Shown: one piece after another, positions 63,295 through 64,000 of the stretch
Layout: each line of letters begins with the position of its first letter
Position numbering within the stretch: position 1 is the first letter of the stretch
Source of the DNA: Hydrolagus colliei
Lineage: Eukaryota
Direction of reading: 5' to 3'
NCBI GenBank assembly: GCA_035084275.1
Contig: CM068744.1
Span: 13,640,001 to 13,704,000 of the forward strand
DNA: 64,000 nucleotides
The notes under the pieces: generated by a model
What the model was told of the DNA's origin: nothing
Database searches by the model: none
What the model saw: only the letters and a program-made list of their open reading frames with translations
Program-made: the position numbers and the translations under genes

Positions 63295-63460
63295 TCAAGG
63301 TACATCTCAAGACCCACCTCTTTGACTGTACTTTTAGGTCATCTTTCCCTTCCCTACTCTCCTTGGCTCCCACCTCCAGCTCAGATGTCAAGCCAGTATT
63401 GTTGAGCATCTTTGGGACATTCTCCTGAAGTATATAAATGTAAATTTATATTGTATTGCT
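63295..63460 (+). mobile_element. L2 3' end in HDDC2 intron 3
   Basis: LKTHLF remnant and TTGGGACATTCTCCTGA tail. Confidence 0.6.
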
Positions 63461-63539
63461 TTACTTAATGGTCTCACGGTACAGTGCACTAACTAAAGTT
63501 TGGGAATATGAGAGCTTTTAAGAGAAATGTAGATAATAA

Positions 63540-63810
63540 ACATAATAATCCTTGCATTTGATATAGTGGTTTTCATGTCTTCTAGACATCTCAAAGCACT
63601 TCACAGAATATACAGTAGTGAACTGATTGTATATTTGTGGGTAAAACGCGGCAGCCAATTGCACACAGCAGTGTCCCACAAACAATTGTGGATTGAAACG
63701 ACCAATTTATTATAGTTTTTTTTGGACGTATTATTATTAGGCGTAAGGAAACTTGCCCAAGATTTCACCCTGTCTGGATTTGAAACATAGGTCTCACACT
63801 TGTAAAGCGT
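63540..63810 (-). mobile_element. tRNA-derived SINE in HDDC2 intron 3
   Basis: Tail, core and B-box region on the minus strand. Confidence 0.88.
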
Positions 63811-64000
63811 CCCTCACACCACATTGGAAGTTACGCTTTCAGTCATTTTGTCCCCAAACTCTGGAACTCTCCCTCAGTTCCTCTGCCTTGCCCCTTCTCT
63901 CCCCCTTTTCAAGTCCCTCCTGCTAATCTTCCTCTTCAACCATGCTTTGGCCAGCTTCCCCCAAGCCCTTTCACACCCCTGCTCCACCACTGTTGAAGCG
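63810..64000 (+). mobile_element. L2 3' fragment running off the window
   Basis: IGSYAFSHFVPKLWNSLP..FKSLL remnant. Confidence 0.75.

Overview
This is eukaryotic (vertebrate) genomic DNA, not prokaryotic. The repeat complement (tRNA-headed Deu-domain SINEs with L2-type tails, L2 and CR1 LINE fragments) points to a cartilaginous fish, probably a chimaera/elephant-shark relative (inference). About 57 kb is repeat-rich non-coding sequence. It is followed by the GC-rich promoter and first three coding exons of HDDC2 (HD-domain 5'-deoxynucleotidase; + strand, 57777-57839, 62604-62725, 62966-63068). Intron 1 begins with a ~3.8 kb CpG-free 25/29-bp minisatellite with higher-order structure. Two well-delimited hAT MITEs are present: an Ac-like one with a duplicated right end (3534-3921) and a Charlie-like one inserted into a SINE stem-loop (42106-42408). 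Most ORFs in the track are spurious or decayed LINE pieces. I found no new protein-coding system. The best leads are the intron-1 array, the inverted SINE pair around in-frame exons 2-3, an L2-tailed repeat family I do not recognise, and several templated-inversion scars. Repeat boundaries were read by eye and are approximate unless TIRs, TSDs or splice sites are quoted.
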